Assembly: GCA_028353405.1 (NCBI GenBank) | Contig: JAOMOG010000007.1 | Location: 755-64,754, forward strand | Length of the DNA: 64,000 bases | Source: Candidatus Poseidoniaceae archaeon | GTDB taxonomy: Archaea; Thermoplasmatota; Poseidoniia; Poseidoniales; Poseidoniaceae | Reading direction: 5' to 3' | Shown here: piece after piece, positions 29,050 to 38,802 of the stretch | Layout of the letters: each line of letters begins with the position of its first letter | How positions within the stretch are numbered: the stretch's first letter is position 1 | Notes under the pieces: generated by a model | What the model was told of the DNA's origin: nothing | Database searches by the model: none | What the model saw: only the letters and a program-made list of their open reading frames with translations | Program-made: the position numbers and the translations under genes

Positions 29050-31323
29050 TTAACGTACTTGTGAACCAGTTGCGATGTCACCATCTATTGTGACTAATCG
29101 AACTCCATCTTTTCCATCATCTGCTGCTAGCATCATTCCCTCAGAGGTAACTCCTCTAAGTGGTCTTGGTTTTAAATTTGCAACGAATACCACTGTTTTA
29201 CCAACCATCTCTTCTGCCTGATAGTATTGCTTCAATCCTGCACAAATAGTCCGTTCAGTATCACTGCCATCATCTATTTTCACAACATATAATCTGTCCG
29301 CATTAGGATGGTCTTCAACTGTCAATATCTTTCCGACTCTTAGATCGACTTCCATAAATGTTTCAAAGTTCAAATATGTTATTCCTTCTGGTGCTTCAAT
29401 CATTTCTTTCATCTCCTTTTTGTTTTTCTTACTACCTTTAACGACGTGAATTGGTTCATCATCTGCTTTTGTTGTATCTGTTTCAGTCAGAGATTTCTCA
29501 CTTTCCAAAATAACATCTAATTCGAGGCGCTCAAAGAGTGGAGTAGGTGTTTCCTGACTCCAAGTCATTACGACATCCCAATCTATTGCACCATCCCATG
29601 AAACAAGGCTAACATCACCTGTTTGCCCTAATGCATTCCATAATTTGGCGGCACTAAATGGTAAGAAGGGCTGTGAAGTAATTGCCAAAAAGCGAGATAA
29701 ACGCCAGCCGAATGCAAGTGTGGACAAACTTTGCCTTCTCTCTTCAGTATCTTCTTCACTCTTGAGGTACTTCCATGGAGTTGCTGCTTGTAGAATTTGA
29801 TTACCATACTGGGCAGCAGACATTACATGGCGTAATGCTTCTTTGTAGCGGTGTCTTAGCAGTGAATCGGTAATGGAGGCATGTATCTCCTCTAATTTTT
29901 GGCGGTGTTCGACTGTTAATTCTGCGATTTCAACATCTGCAAGAGGGCCATTATCACCCATAGGTAATCTAACACCTAGCGTTAATACGCGATGTACAAA
30001 GTTACCATATGCGGCTATCAATTCACTATTGATCTTTTCAACAAAATCTGGCCAATTAAAATCTGTGTCATGATTTTCTGGCATATTAATCGACAGATAG
30101 TATCTGAGATAATCGGGGTTATATCTTTCAAGGAATGATGGCAACCATACAGCGTGTTTACGTGATTTAGAAAACTGACCACCTGATAACATTAGATATT
30201 CCATAGCCGGTACATTTGTCTCCAATGCTAAATCCCCACTTGTAGGCATTTCTATAGAGTCACTTGCTGTCTTGCCCTTTGAAGCATGGTTAAGTCCAAG
30301 GATTAATGCTGGCCAGATTACGGTGTGGAATGGAATGTTGTCTTTCCCTAAGAAATATAAGTGTCTAGGAATAGTTCCATCTTCTGAAACACACCACCAA
30401 TTCTTCCACGCATCTAGCCCATCAGGATGGCCGCCTTGCTGTGCATGTCGAAGTGCCCATATTTTTGCGCATGAATAGTAACCTTGCACCGCTTCAAACC
30501 AAACGTATACGCACTTACCATTCCATTCAGGATCTTCCAGGGGCAATGGAATTCCCCACGAAAGGTCTCTAGTAACTGCTCGAGAACGCAGACCCATGTC
30601 TAACCACTGTTTGGTCATAGCTCTAACATTTGGTTTCCATACAGAGTTTCTTTCAGATGCATGTTGTTGTAAGGCTTCTTGAAATAAATCTAAACGATAA
30701 AAGAAATGGTCGGTATCTTTAATTTCAATTTTGGCAGTAGGGTTCATCTTAGAAACTGGGTTCTTTAATTCGGTTGATTCGTACGTAGCTCCGCATGAAT
30801 CACACTGATCTCCTCTCGCGCCATCTTCTGCACAAGATGGGCAAACACCTTCCACATACCTATCTGGTAAAAACCGGCCACTTCCGTCGCTATTGGTCTC
30901 ATAGTATTGCTGAGTAGTCTTTCTTTCAAACAAATCTGCATTCATCAAAGAAGAAAAGTTTTCTTGCACTATTTGTTTGTGCATTGGGTCGGTAGTCCTA
31001 TTGAATAATGAACCTCCATATTCAATTCCTCGCGAGTCAATATTGGGTTCCCAACTACATCCAAGATCTATTAGGGCCTTGGAGTTGATAGCATGGTATT
31101 CATCAACAACTTGCTGAGGTGTAATTCCTTTCTGTTCCGCTGTAACTGTGATTGGAGTTCCGTGTTCATCACTTCCAGAAACCATCAGAACTCTATTTCC
31201 TCGCGCTCTTTCGAAACGGGCTTGGATGTCTGGAGGCAAATAACAGCCTGCTACATGGCCTAAGTGGAGTGGGCCATTAGCGTAAGGCCAAGCAACACAA
31301 ATTAGTACATGCTCATCAACCAT
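29050..31323 (-). CDS. metG: Methionine--tRNA ligase with C-terminal tRNA-binding domain
   Basis: PYANGPLHLGH, GSDEHG, zinc knuckle CPSC...CDSCG, GKDNIPFH, FSKS, C-terminal OB fold (HPNADRL, SEGMMLAA). Confidence 0.96.
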   Translation of the reverse strand: MVDEHVLICVAWPYANGPLHLGHVAGCYLPPDIQARFERARGNRVLMVSGSDEHGTPITVTAEQKGITPQQVVDEYHAINSKALIDLGCSWEPNIDSRGIEYGGSLFNRTTDPMHKQIVQENFSSLMNADLFERKTTQQYYETNSDGSGRFLPDRYVEGVCPSCAEDGARGDQCDSCGATYESTELKNPVSKMNPTAKIEIKDTDHFFYRLDLFQEALQQHASERNSVWKPNVRAMTKQWLDMGLRSRAVTRDLSWGIPLPLEDPEWNGKCVYVWFEAVQGYYSCAKIWALRHAQQGGHPDGLDAWKNWWCVSEDGTIPRHLYFLGKDNIPFHTVIWPALILGLNHASKGKTASDSIEMPTSGDLALETNVPAMEYLMLSGGQFSKSRKHAVWLPSFLERYNPDYLRYYLSINMPENHDTDFNWPDFVEKINSELIAAYGNFVHRVLTLGVRLPMGDNGPLADVEIAELTVEHRQKLEEIHASITDSLLRHRYKEALRHVMSAAQYGNQILQAATPWKYLKSEEDTEERRQSLSTLAFGWRLSRFLAITSQPFLPFSAAKLWNALGQTGDVSLVSWDGAIDWDVVMTWSQETPTPLFERLELDVILESEKSLTETDTTKADDEPIHVVKGSKKNKKEMKEMIEAPEGITYLNFETFMEVDLRVGKILTVEDHPNADRLYVVKIDDGSDTERTICAGLKQYYQAEEMVGKTVVFVANLKPRPLRGVTSEGMMLAADDGKDGVRLVTIDGDIATGSQVR

Positions 31324-31543
31324 GCCAATCCCTATTTCAATGCGGGTGTGATGTCCTTCTTGAGTTTCACCCTTGTAATGCTAGACTTGCATGGGTTTAT
31401 CTTACTTCTATTGACTAGTGAATGGCGAATTGATAGAATCAAATTTTTCTCAATAATTCATCATTACATTGGGTTATCATCAAGAACTATCACCTCTCAT
31501 GTGCTACTTACCCACTATCGGGACTCGGAGTCGCAGACTACAA

Positions 31544-32584
31544 ATGGACATCACTTTACTAGTATTTTATGCCGTTTTGGCATTGGGAATCTCCTTTATT
31601 TGTTCAATACTTGAGGCGGTTGTATTATCGGTACCTCATACTCATATTGCAGTTCTGCAAAAAGAGGGTAAGAAGTCAGGAGATTTATGGGCGCAACTGA
31701 AAGATGATGATGCGGTTAAGCCTCTAACTTCGATCTTAACTTTGAATACAATCGCTCATACAATGGGGGCTGCTGGTGTTGGTTCACAGGTGCAGACTAT
31801 TTGGGGAGAGGAGTATCTTACTGTTGCTTCGATCATTCTAACGATCGCAGTCTTATTTTTATCTGAAATTATCCCAAAGACTCTTGGCACAGCATACTGG
31901 AAAAAACTAGTTCCAATAACTGGAATGATTTTACAGATTTTGGTTAAATTACTGACATTTATCATCATTCCAATTCAAATCTTAAAATCAATTCTTCCAG
32001 CGGGAGGAGATACGCTCGTCACTAGAGATGATGTTGCCGCCATTGTTGACCTCGGTGAAGAAGAAGGGATAATTGAGGCAGATGAAGAGGAAGTGATTCA
32101 TAACTTACTGAAATTAAGAGATATTAATGTTAGTGAAATAATGACTCCGCGAGTGGTTATGACCGCTTTTATGTCAACATCGACGGTTGAAGAGATACTA
32201 CAAGAGCATAAGATTATCCGCTTTTCAAGGATACCGATTTATGAAGAGTCGATAGATGAAATCACAGGCTTTGTGATACGTTCTCAAATATTGATGGCAG
32301 CTAGCAGAGATGAATCGGACAAATCAATTGGAGAGTTCAAGAAACCAGCAATCTCTATTCTCGTCGATGACTCTGTTGATCATGCCCTTGAGGTATTCCT
32401 AGAACAAAGGCAACAAGTCGCTATTGTCAAGGATGAGTTTGGTGGTACTGCCGGACTTGTAACTTTGGAGGATGTTCTTGAAACATTGCTCGGTGAAGAA
32501 ATAGTTGATGAATTAGATGAAGTAGATGACATGCGCGAATTGGCGAAAGAATTTGCAGAATCGTCAGATGATTCCCCAGAATAA
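31544..32584 (+). CDS. CNNM/CorC (DUF21 + CBS pair) membrane protein
   Basis: SFICSILEA, ILTLNTIAHT, SEIIPKTLG, IMTPR, FSRIP, DEFGGTAGLVTLEDVLE. Confidence 0.9.
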   Translation: MDITLLVFYAVLALGISFICSILEAVVLSVPHTHIAVLQKEGKKSGDLWAQLKDDDAVKPLTSILTLNTIAHTMGAAGVGSQVQTIWGEEYLTVASIILTIAVLFLSEIIPKTLGTAYWKKLVPITGMILQILVKLLTFIIIPIQILKSILPAGGDTLVTRDDVAAIVDLGEEEGIIEADEEEVIHNLLKLRDINVSEIMTPRVVMTAFMSTSTVEEILQEHKIIRFSRIPIYEESIDEITGFVIRSQILMAASRDESDKSIGEFKKPAISILVDDSVDHALEVFLEQRQQVAIVKDEFGGTAGLVTLEDVLETLLGEEIVDELDEVDDMRELAKEFAESSDDSPE

Positions 32585-32588
32585 TTTA

Positions 32589-33584
32589 TTAGAAATTGTT
32601 CTCCAACCATTGCCCAATGTGATGAGTCCTTGTTGAATTGGTTCTAGCACCTGAATGTGGAAGGTCTCCAATTAGATGTGTTGTGAGAATCTCTCCTCTA
32701 CCAGCCTCAATCATCGATGATACAAGCAGGTCGTAATGAGATCTCCCTAGGACTGAATCCTCTTCTGCTTGTAAGATGAGAGTAGGTTGTTGAGGCAGAC
32801 CCCAGATAGGAACATCTAATTCTATAAGTGAATGAATAGGTTTTTCCTGTGGATGAAGTGCTGAGAATTGAACTAGTAACCTTCTTTGAATAGATGAATG
32901 GAGTAATCGTGGGATTCTGTTACGCGTTAATGATTCATCATATACAATTGAATATTTAGTCATAGGAGATTCGAGTATCCATCCTTTTACCTTACTACCC
33001 CAAGGATATTCGTCAATTCTTTTTGAGAGATTAAGTCCTACGAATCCACCCATAGAATGCCCATAATACACAATTTTTGTGATATTTTTTGAAGGTAGTA
33101 AACTATCTAATGCGCCCATTAATTCTACAGTGTGTTCTACCACTCTAATCGCAGTCCATTTTTCAACAGGCATTGCCTTGCCGTGCCCTGGCATTTCAAC
33201 TATCAAGGCATGCCATCCCTGTTCACAAAACCATTCAGCACGTTCTCGTACAGATTCAGCGCTACTTTTCCAACCATGTATCATTAATAGCATTGGTGCG
33301 CTTTCATCTCTACGATTCAGCATTGCTCTGGCTTCAATACCCCGACAATTAACAACCAATTCTACCCAAGGTTCAATCTCTATACTAGGCTTTTGAAAAT
33401 CTGCTGTTGTAAATATTTGAATGATTATATATTCAATAAAGAGATTAATCATCAACGCAATAATCAGTAATGCAAAAATAACATTGCCTAATAGGGGGTA
33501 GTTACTGATTATTAGAATGGCACAAGTGGTGAGAAGTAATATTAAAAATATTACAAATCGTCCATACTTAGACTGGTTTATCAT
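32589..33584 (-). CDS. Membrane-anchored alpha/beta hydrolase
   Basis: Two N-terminal TM helices, IHGW oxyanion loop, GHSMGG nucleophile, ED...H; start uncertain (33584-33596). Confidence 0.85.
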   Translation of the reverse strand: MINQSKYGRFVIFLILLLTTCAILIISNYPLLGNVIFALLIIALMINLFIEYIIIQIFTTADFQKPSIEIEPWVELVVNCRGIEARAMLNRRDESAPMLLMIHGWKSSAESVRERAEWFCEQGWHALIVEMPGHGKAMPVEKWTAIRVVEHTVELMGALDSLLPSKNITKIVYYGHSMGGFVGLNLSKRIDEYPWGSKVKGWILESPMTKYSIVYDESLTRNRIPRLLHSSIQRRLLVQFSALHPQEKPIHSLIELDVPIWGLPQQPTLILQAEEDSVLGRSHYDLLVSSMIEAGRGEILTTHLIGDLPHSGARTNSTRTHHIGQWLENNF

Positions 33585-33604
33585 GATGATCAACAAGAAG
33601 TGAT

Positions 33605-34516
33605 TTATTCATCCTTTGAACTATCTGTGGAATCCTTTGTTGCATCTTCTGCATCTTCTGCTTCTTCTGCATCCTTTGCTTCCTTTGCATCCTTTTCAGC
33701 TTTTTCAGCCTTAGCAGCAGCCTTAGCAGCAGCCTTTTTGATATTATCTTCTCTCCTAGAAGCAATCTTGTCACCCCACTCTCCAGCATTTTCAAGTCTG
33801 CCCCAAATACCTGTTGAGACTTCCCCTTCTGCTGGTATGTGTTTTACCAAGTATGCTCTGAACAGCAAGTCATAGAGTCCTTGGTCCATATCACTATTTT
33901 TCTTGAAATTTCTATTTACAAACCATAGAACAATGAAAATTATACCAACTACTAAACCACCGATGCCCCAATAATTTTTGCTATCGAAATCAGATATATT
34001 GAACATTACGAGCATGAAACCTATCAATGTAAATAATCCAACTGTATTTGCTAGAATTGAATGAAAAACACTCGCCTTTTCACCATTTGCAGTCATAAAT
34101 TTTGTTCTTGAAACAAAGTGTCCAATTGTTCTGCCGGTCTTTGCTGGAATTACGATTACATTTAGAATAATCATTACGGCTGCTACGCCAAAAAGAGCAG
34201 TAGTTGTCGCGCCAGTATCAGCGAAAATCACCATTCCAAGTCCACCAAGAAGTACTGAGAAATTGACGGCGATATTTACCCACCAACTGATTGAACGATT
34301 CATTTTTGATGCTAATTCATAACCTTCTGGCAATCCAGTTGTACGAGGAGTTTTAACTTTCTTCGCTTTAACCGGCTTAGCTGAAACAGTGGTTTTCGCT
34401 GCTGCCTTTGGCTTCGCAACCGCTTTAGGTGCTGCTTTAGCAACTGCTTTTGCTACAGCCTTAGGCTTTTCATCCGCTTTTGTTCCAACATTTCCTGCTT
34501 TATCGAGTAGTCCCAT
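33605..34516 (-). CDS. RDD-family-like membrane protein with K/A-rich N-terminus
   Basis: LASKMNR, GRTIGH, QGLYDLLF pattern; 4 TM helices. Start set at 34516. Confidence 0.65.
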   Translation of the reverse strand: MGLLDKAGNVGTKADEKPKAVAKAVAKAAPKAVAKPKAAAKTTVSAKPVKAKKVKTPRTTGLPEGYELASKMNRSISWWVNIAVNFSVLLGGLGMVIFADTGATTTALFGVAAVMIILNVIVIPAKTGRTIGHFVSRTKFMTANGEKASVFHSILANTVGLFTLIGFMLVMFNISDFDSKNYWGIGGLVVGIIFIVLWFVNRNFKKNSDMDQGLYDLLFRAYLVKHIPAEGEVSTGIWGRLENAGEWGDKIASRREDNIKKAAAKAAAKAEKAEKDAKEAKDAEEAEDAEDATKDSTDSSKDE

Positions 34517-34526
34517 TTTCTCACGC

Positions 34527-35648
34527 TCACTGATACATATTTCCAACTGTCTGATAAATTTCAAACTGTTCTGATTCGACGAATACTTGGATGTCTGCGC
34601 CATCCATATTTCCTAATTGGCCATCAACGATGGCAAAGAATGCTGCTCTCAAATCCTCGTCGGCAGATTGTGGGTCACTGCCGACTTCCTGGTATACTTG
34701 GAAATCTGGACTTTCAATAAATTCTGCGACGACATCTTCAGGGAGATTTGAACCCAATAGATCATCGACAATTGATACGAATAAAGTAAAGAGATCTTCT
34801 CCATCGGTTTCTTCTGCTTCCTGTGCAACTACTGATTCTTCCGAAGATGCGATAATTGCTTGCAATTCCTTTCTTTGACCCATTAAAGATTCTAATTGAG
34901 GTCTTAGTTGGGCTAATAACTCAGAATCACCAGAACTTTTTGCCGCTTGGTATTCCGGTTTAAGCGAACGTAATTCATTTTCAATAGCCAATAATTGCTC
35001 AGAAAGGTCCATGTCTTCATCAAGTTCTAGACCAGTGGTTTCCTCATCCATTAATTCAACAGTTGGGGCATCTCTAATTTCTGAAACTTTGTCATCCATT
35101 TGTTGCTTTCTCAATACGATGATGTCGCGGTCTATCGAATGACCAAACCGGTCAGAGTAACGATCCAGCAAAGAACCAGCTTCTGAATTAGCAATGCGAT
35201 CAATGTGTCCGTAAATTTGTGGAAGTGGTTTATCTGAACGCTTTGCCCAAAGGTCACCATAAGATGAGTCTGCTTGCGGTGATGTGGATTCAACCACTGC
35301 AGGAGTTGCTACTGGCAATGGTGCATCCATGACTGGTGCAGCTGGTAGTGGCAATGGTGCATCCATGACTGGTGCAGCTGGTAGTGGCAATGGTGCATCC
35401 ATGACTGGTGCGGGTGGTAGTGGCAATGGTGCGTCCATGACTGGCGCAGGTGGTAGTGGCAATGGTGCGTCCATGACTGGCGCAGGTGGTAGCGGCAATG
35501 GTGCAGGTAATTCTGCATTCATAGCAGGCATAGGTGGCAATTGTGAATCCATGCTTGGCATGGGTGGTAATGCCGGCATTGGAGGTAGAGGAAGTGCTCC
35601 TAATGGTGGCAATTTATTGTCCTTTTTTCCATCATCTTGCTGACTCAT
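34527..35648 (-). CDS. Hypothetical protein with proline-rich tandem repeats and acidic helical C-terminus
   Basis: (PVMDAPLPLPPA)n, a coiled-coil segment, and a duplicated C-terminal unit (F..IVD..LG...F.ES..F..YQ.VG twice). Confidence 0.75.
   Translation of the reverse strand: MSQQDDGKKDNKLPPLGALPLPPMPALPPMPSMDSQLPPMPAMNAELPAPLPLPPAPVMDAPLPLPPAPVMDAPLPLPPAPVMDAPLPLPAAPVMDAPLPLPAAPVMDAPLPVATPAVVESTSPQADSSYGDLWAKRSDKPLPQIYGHIDRIANSEAGSLLDRYSDRFGHSIDRDIIVLRKQQMDDKVSEIRDAPTVELMDEETTGLELDEDMDLSEQLLAIENELRSLKPEYQAAKSSGDSELLAQLRPQLESLMGQRKELQAIIASSEESVVAQEAEETDGEDLFTLFVSIVDDLLGSNLPEDVVAEFIESPDFQVYQEVGSDPQSADEDLRAAFFAIVDGQLGNMDGADIQVFVESEQFEIYQTVGNMYQ
35313..35505 (-). repeat. 36-bp coding tandem repeat, about 5 copies
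   Basis: Unit tggtagtggcaatggtgc(a/g)tccatgactgg(t/c)gcag(c/g); contiguous copies without spacers. Confidence 0.92.
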
Positions 35649-35748
35649 ACGGCTTACCCCACCTACGGTGGGTTAAACTCTACCCTTGAACCTTACCGAT
35701 GAAGGAGTATGCTCCAGATGGATTCAAAGACGATGTATTTGTTTCCAA

Positions 35749-36948
35749 TTATACGATTTTAGCCCAGCCTTTCAACACCAAAAATGTCGCTCCAGCCTCA
35801 CTTATTTCCAAAATTTGTCCACGCGTTAGATCATATCTTTTATCATGGAATTGTGCAACAGCATCCTCAACTGTAATTTCTACCCGTAACTTTTCTTGAC
35901 CGTTTAGTGCCCAGGCCTCTTGAAGTGGCTTATACGGGTTAGAACCATCCGGGTCCAGACGGTTTAGTGGAAACTCACTTACTCGCATGCCTGTTTTCCC
36001 ATGAAGAGACGTAGGCCATCTAATTTGTCTCCTAGTATCGATAGTAACAACTTCATCAGTTTCTCCCGCATTACCTAGAACTACTGAAGAGTCGGTTTTC
36101 AACAAATTAAGAAATAAACCATCATAGGAACCAAGTGCACCAAAATTACCTTCTCTAATTCTTTTTGAACGTGCTTCATGATTTACCACTTCTGCTAATT
36201 TTTTAATCGATGCAGCGCTTCGTTGCGAAGTTGAGCCTTCTCTATCGTATTGGGATTTGAGACCGTGTTCTAAATCCTTCAATATTGTAGAATAATCTCC
36301 TTGTTTGTTTGAGATAACTTGTAATTTCAAGATCATATCATCAACACCATCTCTAATTCTCCTAGACCATCCATGAGAGTCAGTTTCATTGAAGCGAGAC
36401 ATGCCTCCTTGTACATCAACACCCTCACCACGAATATGCGATACCAATTCTCTTCTTGCTTCAGAATCTAAGTGGAATAAATTAGGGTCGCGGTAGTGTA
36501 AATGAAATCCCCTGTGTCCTGAAAAGGTAACTTGTAAATATTTTTCATCGAATCCGAATTCAGGCTGCAAGAAATCGTTCCAAAGACTCCACCCTTGTTC
36601 CTGAATCACACCTAGCATGGCGGGGAAGTCTCTATCGGTTACGCCTGGCAAATGGTCACCATCTAGGTCAAATATCAAATCAGCACCTTGCCAGAGTTTG
36701 TCAGCCATTTTCAGCTCATATGGTCTTTTCCAATATGCAGTTGAGTAGAAACAAGAATGCATTGCTCTTTCCGATAGAAATGACCTAACATCTTGCATAT
36801 CGGTGAAACCTTTGTGTCTAATTGGAGGTGAGCCTCCAAAGGGAATAAACATCCACTCTCTTGACTTTAATCGCGGAGGGGTCCAGAATTCAGATGTACG
36901 ATAATATTGTCCAAAACGATGTGCGAATCGGGCCCAACCAGTTGACAT
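35749..36948 (-). CDS. priS: DNA primase small (catalytic) subunit
   Basis: REW.F, YSTAYW, DLIFDLDGDH, FSGHRGFH, DEVVTID..RQIRWPTSLHGKTG. Confidence 0.93.
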   Translation of the reverse strand: MSTGWARFAHRFGQYYRTSEFWTPPRLKSREWMFIPFGGSPPIRHKGFTDMQDVRSFLSERAMHSCFYSTAYWKRPYELKMADKLWQGADLIFDLDGDHLPGVTDRDFPAMLGVIQEQGWSLWNDFLQPEFGFDEKYLQVTFSGHRGFHLHYRDPNLFHLDSEARRELVSHIRGEGVDVQGGMSRFNETDSHGWSRRIRDGVDDMILKLQVISNKQGDYSTILKDLEHGLKSQYDREGSTSQRSAASIKKLAEVVNHEARSKRIREGNFGALGSYDGLFLNLLKTDSSVVLGNAGETDEVVTIDTRRQIRWPTSLHGKTGMRVSEFPLNRLDPDGSNPYKPLQEAWALNGQEKLRVEITVEDAVAQFHDKRYDLTRGQILEISEAGATFLVLKGWAKIV

Positions 36949-37003
36949 TTTTCATCCTCCCGTAGTAGGACAGAAGGTGACAGTTTTTGAACTAAGTGAA
37001 AGT

Positions 37004-37213
37004 TCATTCTTTCTGCATCCAAAATCTTCCTTCGGATTCATTGATAGTAGTTGATGTATCTGCGCCGGTTGCTTCAACATAATGTTCCCAGCACATGTAA
37101 TACTTGTCAACTACCATCGCATTTCCAAAAGTTAAACGTTCTCCACATTTGTGACATCGCGGACCGATTTCACCATTTGGAGTCTGGGCCAGTTGTATGT
37201 GTTCGTGTGGCAT
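37004..37213 (-). CDS. Small zinc-finger protein (CxxC...CxxH)
   Basis: 69 aa, RCHKCGE...YMCWEHY; co-oriented with neighbours. Confidence 0.65.
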   Translation of the reverse strand: MPHEHIQLAQTPNGEIGPRCHKCGERLTFGNAMVVDKYYMCWEHYVEATGADTSTTINESEGRFWMQKE

Positions 37214-37272
37214 AGGGCTTGCCTCTAAATTATGCGGGTGCTGGCTAGTCTTTGAACTTGAGCATTAAAATC

Positions 37273-37761
37273 TCACCAAGAAGTATCTTCCCATTCTGCT
37301 GTTTGACACCAATTTAGTAAATCCAATGCAACTTCACATGATTCTGCAACTTCTATATTTTCATCATTAAGAAATTCCTCTAGAATCGGTTTTGCCGAAT
37401 CATCACCAATAGCACCCATTGCCTCAGCAGCCTCATGCCTAACCATGATGTGTTCTTCTAGATCGCTCAATCGCTCAATCAAAGTAGGGATGGCAACAAC
37501 ATTTTGCATCTGTCCAAGAACATAGGCTAATTCATGACGTAAAAGAGCACTCTTTGTGGTAAAGGCTGAACATAATGCTAAGCAAGCCTCATCTGTACCA
37601 TTATTTCTTAGCGAAAAAACAGCCCTCATTCGCAGAAACATCTGATTGCTTTCATCCAAGAGGCTAATTTTTAGCGTTTCAACATCCTTTTCACTAGAAG
37701 GGGGTGCTGGATCGACTGAACCATATTGGCTAACAACCGGCGCCCTATCCACAATATCCAT
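37273..37761 (-). CDS. HEAT-repeat protein resembling one half of deoxyhypusine hydroxylase
   Basis: YGSVDPAPP, RMRAVFSLRN, SALLRHELAYVLGQMQ, MVRHEAAEAMGAIG, VAESCEVALD; AGGTGA upstream. Confidence 0.8.
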   Translation of the reverse strand: MDIVDRAPVVSQYGSVDPAPPSSEKDVETLKISLLDESNQMFLRMRAVFSLRNNGTDEACLALCSAFTTKSALLRHELAYVLGQMQNVVAIPTLIERLSDLEEHIMVRHEAAEAMGAIGDDSAKPILEEFLNDENIEVAESCEVALDLLNWCQTAEWEDTSW

Positions 37762-37773
37762 TTAATCACCTTT

Positions 37774-38658
37774 TCATTCAGGAGAGCCAATAAACTTCAT
37801 GCTACTGGTATCGAAAGTCGAATCTATGAGTCCAAGTTCTTGCCCTTCCTTGATGAATTGACGTACCGCAGAACGACCCTCGTCCTCATAATCAATCGTT
37901 CTATTATTTACATACATAGAAACAAATTCCTTATTTGTTTCATCATCAATTCCTCTACCCCATGCCTTGGCAAATTCAAGGGCGTCAGCAGGGTGCGCAA
38001 TAGCATGTTCAATGCTCATTTTTGTGTACAAAGTGATATCCTCCATCACTTGTTGACCTAAATCTCTTCTAACGACATTACCACCAAGGGGCATCGGCCA
38101 GCCATCGGTTCGATCATTCCACCAAACACCTAAATCCAACAGGACATTCAAGTCATGTTCAACGTAAGTTAATTGGCCCTCATGGATAATTAATCCGGAC
38201 ATAAATGTACCATCTAGGACTCTAGGAATTATTTCATCAAAGGGTACTACTTCAACTTGGCAATCTCCCCACGCCAACCTCAAACCAAGGTAAGCACTAG
38301 TTTTCATACCTGGTACTGCGATTATATTGGAGCGCACATCATCTTCAGAAACCCCTTGCATTGAAACGACCATCGGACCATATCCTTCCCCCATCGAAGC
38401 ACCACAGTTCATCAAAGCATAGTGTTGTGAAATTTCAGGATAAGCGTGAATAGAGACCGCAGAAACTTCAAGTTCTTGTTTCATGGCTCTGTGGTTGAGA
38501 GTTTCAATATCTTGTAGTTCATGTACGAAATTATAGCCAGGAGTAGGAAAAGCTCCTGTTGTCATTGCGTGGAACATAAAAGCATCATCCGGATCTGGTG
38601 AATGTCCAATACGGACCACCTTATTACCTTCAGCGTCTAGTGGCAACTCAGTGTGCAT
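37774..38658 (-). CDS. mqnD: 1,4-dihydroxy-6-naphthoate synthase (futalosine pathway)
   Basis: GHSPDPDDAFMF, DIETLN, SMGEGYGP, IIHEGQLTY, PLGGNVVRRDLG, MYVN. Confidence 0.9.
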   Translation of the reverse strand: MHTELPLDAEGNKVVRIGHSPDPDDAFMFHAMTTGAFPTPGYNFVHELQDIETLNHRAMKQELEVSAVSIHAYPEISQHYALMNCGASMGEGYGPMVVSMQGVSEDDVRSNIIAVPGMKTSAYLGLRLAWGDCQVEVVPFDEIIPRVLDGTFMSGLIIHEGQLTYVEHDLNVLLDLGVWWNDRTDGWPMPLGGNVVRRDLGQQVMEDITLYTKMSIEHAIAHPADALEFAKAWGRGIDDETNKEFVSMYVNNRTIDYEDEGRSAVRQFIKEGQELGLIDSTFDTSSMKFIGSPE

Positions 38659-38802
38659 AATGCGTCCGACCAAGATACCCTTCATCAATCAACCGCATCA
38701 ATCTATATGGTTAATGATGGCAAATCGTAAAGAATGATGATTCGGGGGGTTTTTCACCGAGATGTTTTCAAACCATATGCTTTCAGCAAATTGAGGGCGC
38801 AT

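Noticed and set aside
35313..35505. 36-bp repeats as a possible CRISPR array
   Set aside because: The copies are contiguous with no unique spacers, lie in frame within a CDS, and no cas genes are present
35658..35672. Short inverted repeats between promoter box and start (also 13535-13549 and 63378-63390)
   Set aside because: Only 5-6 bp arms with no shared sequence; expected by chance
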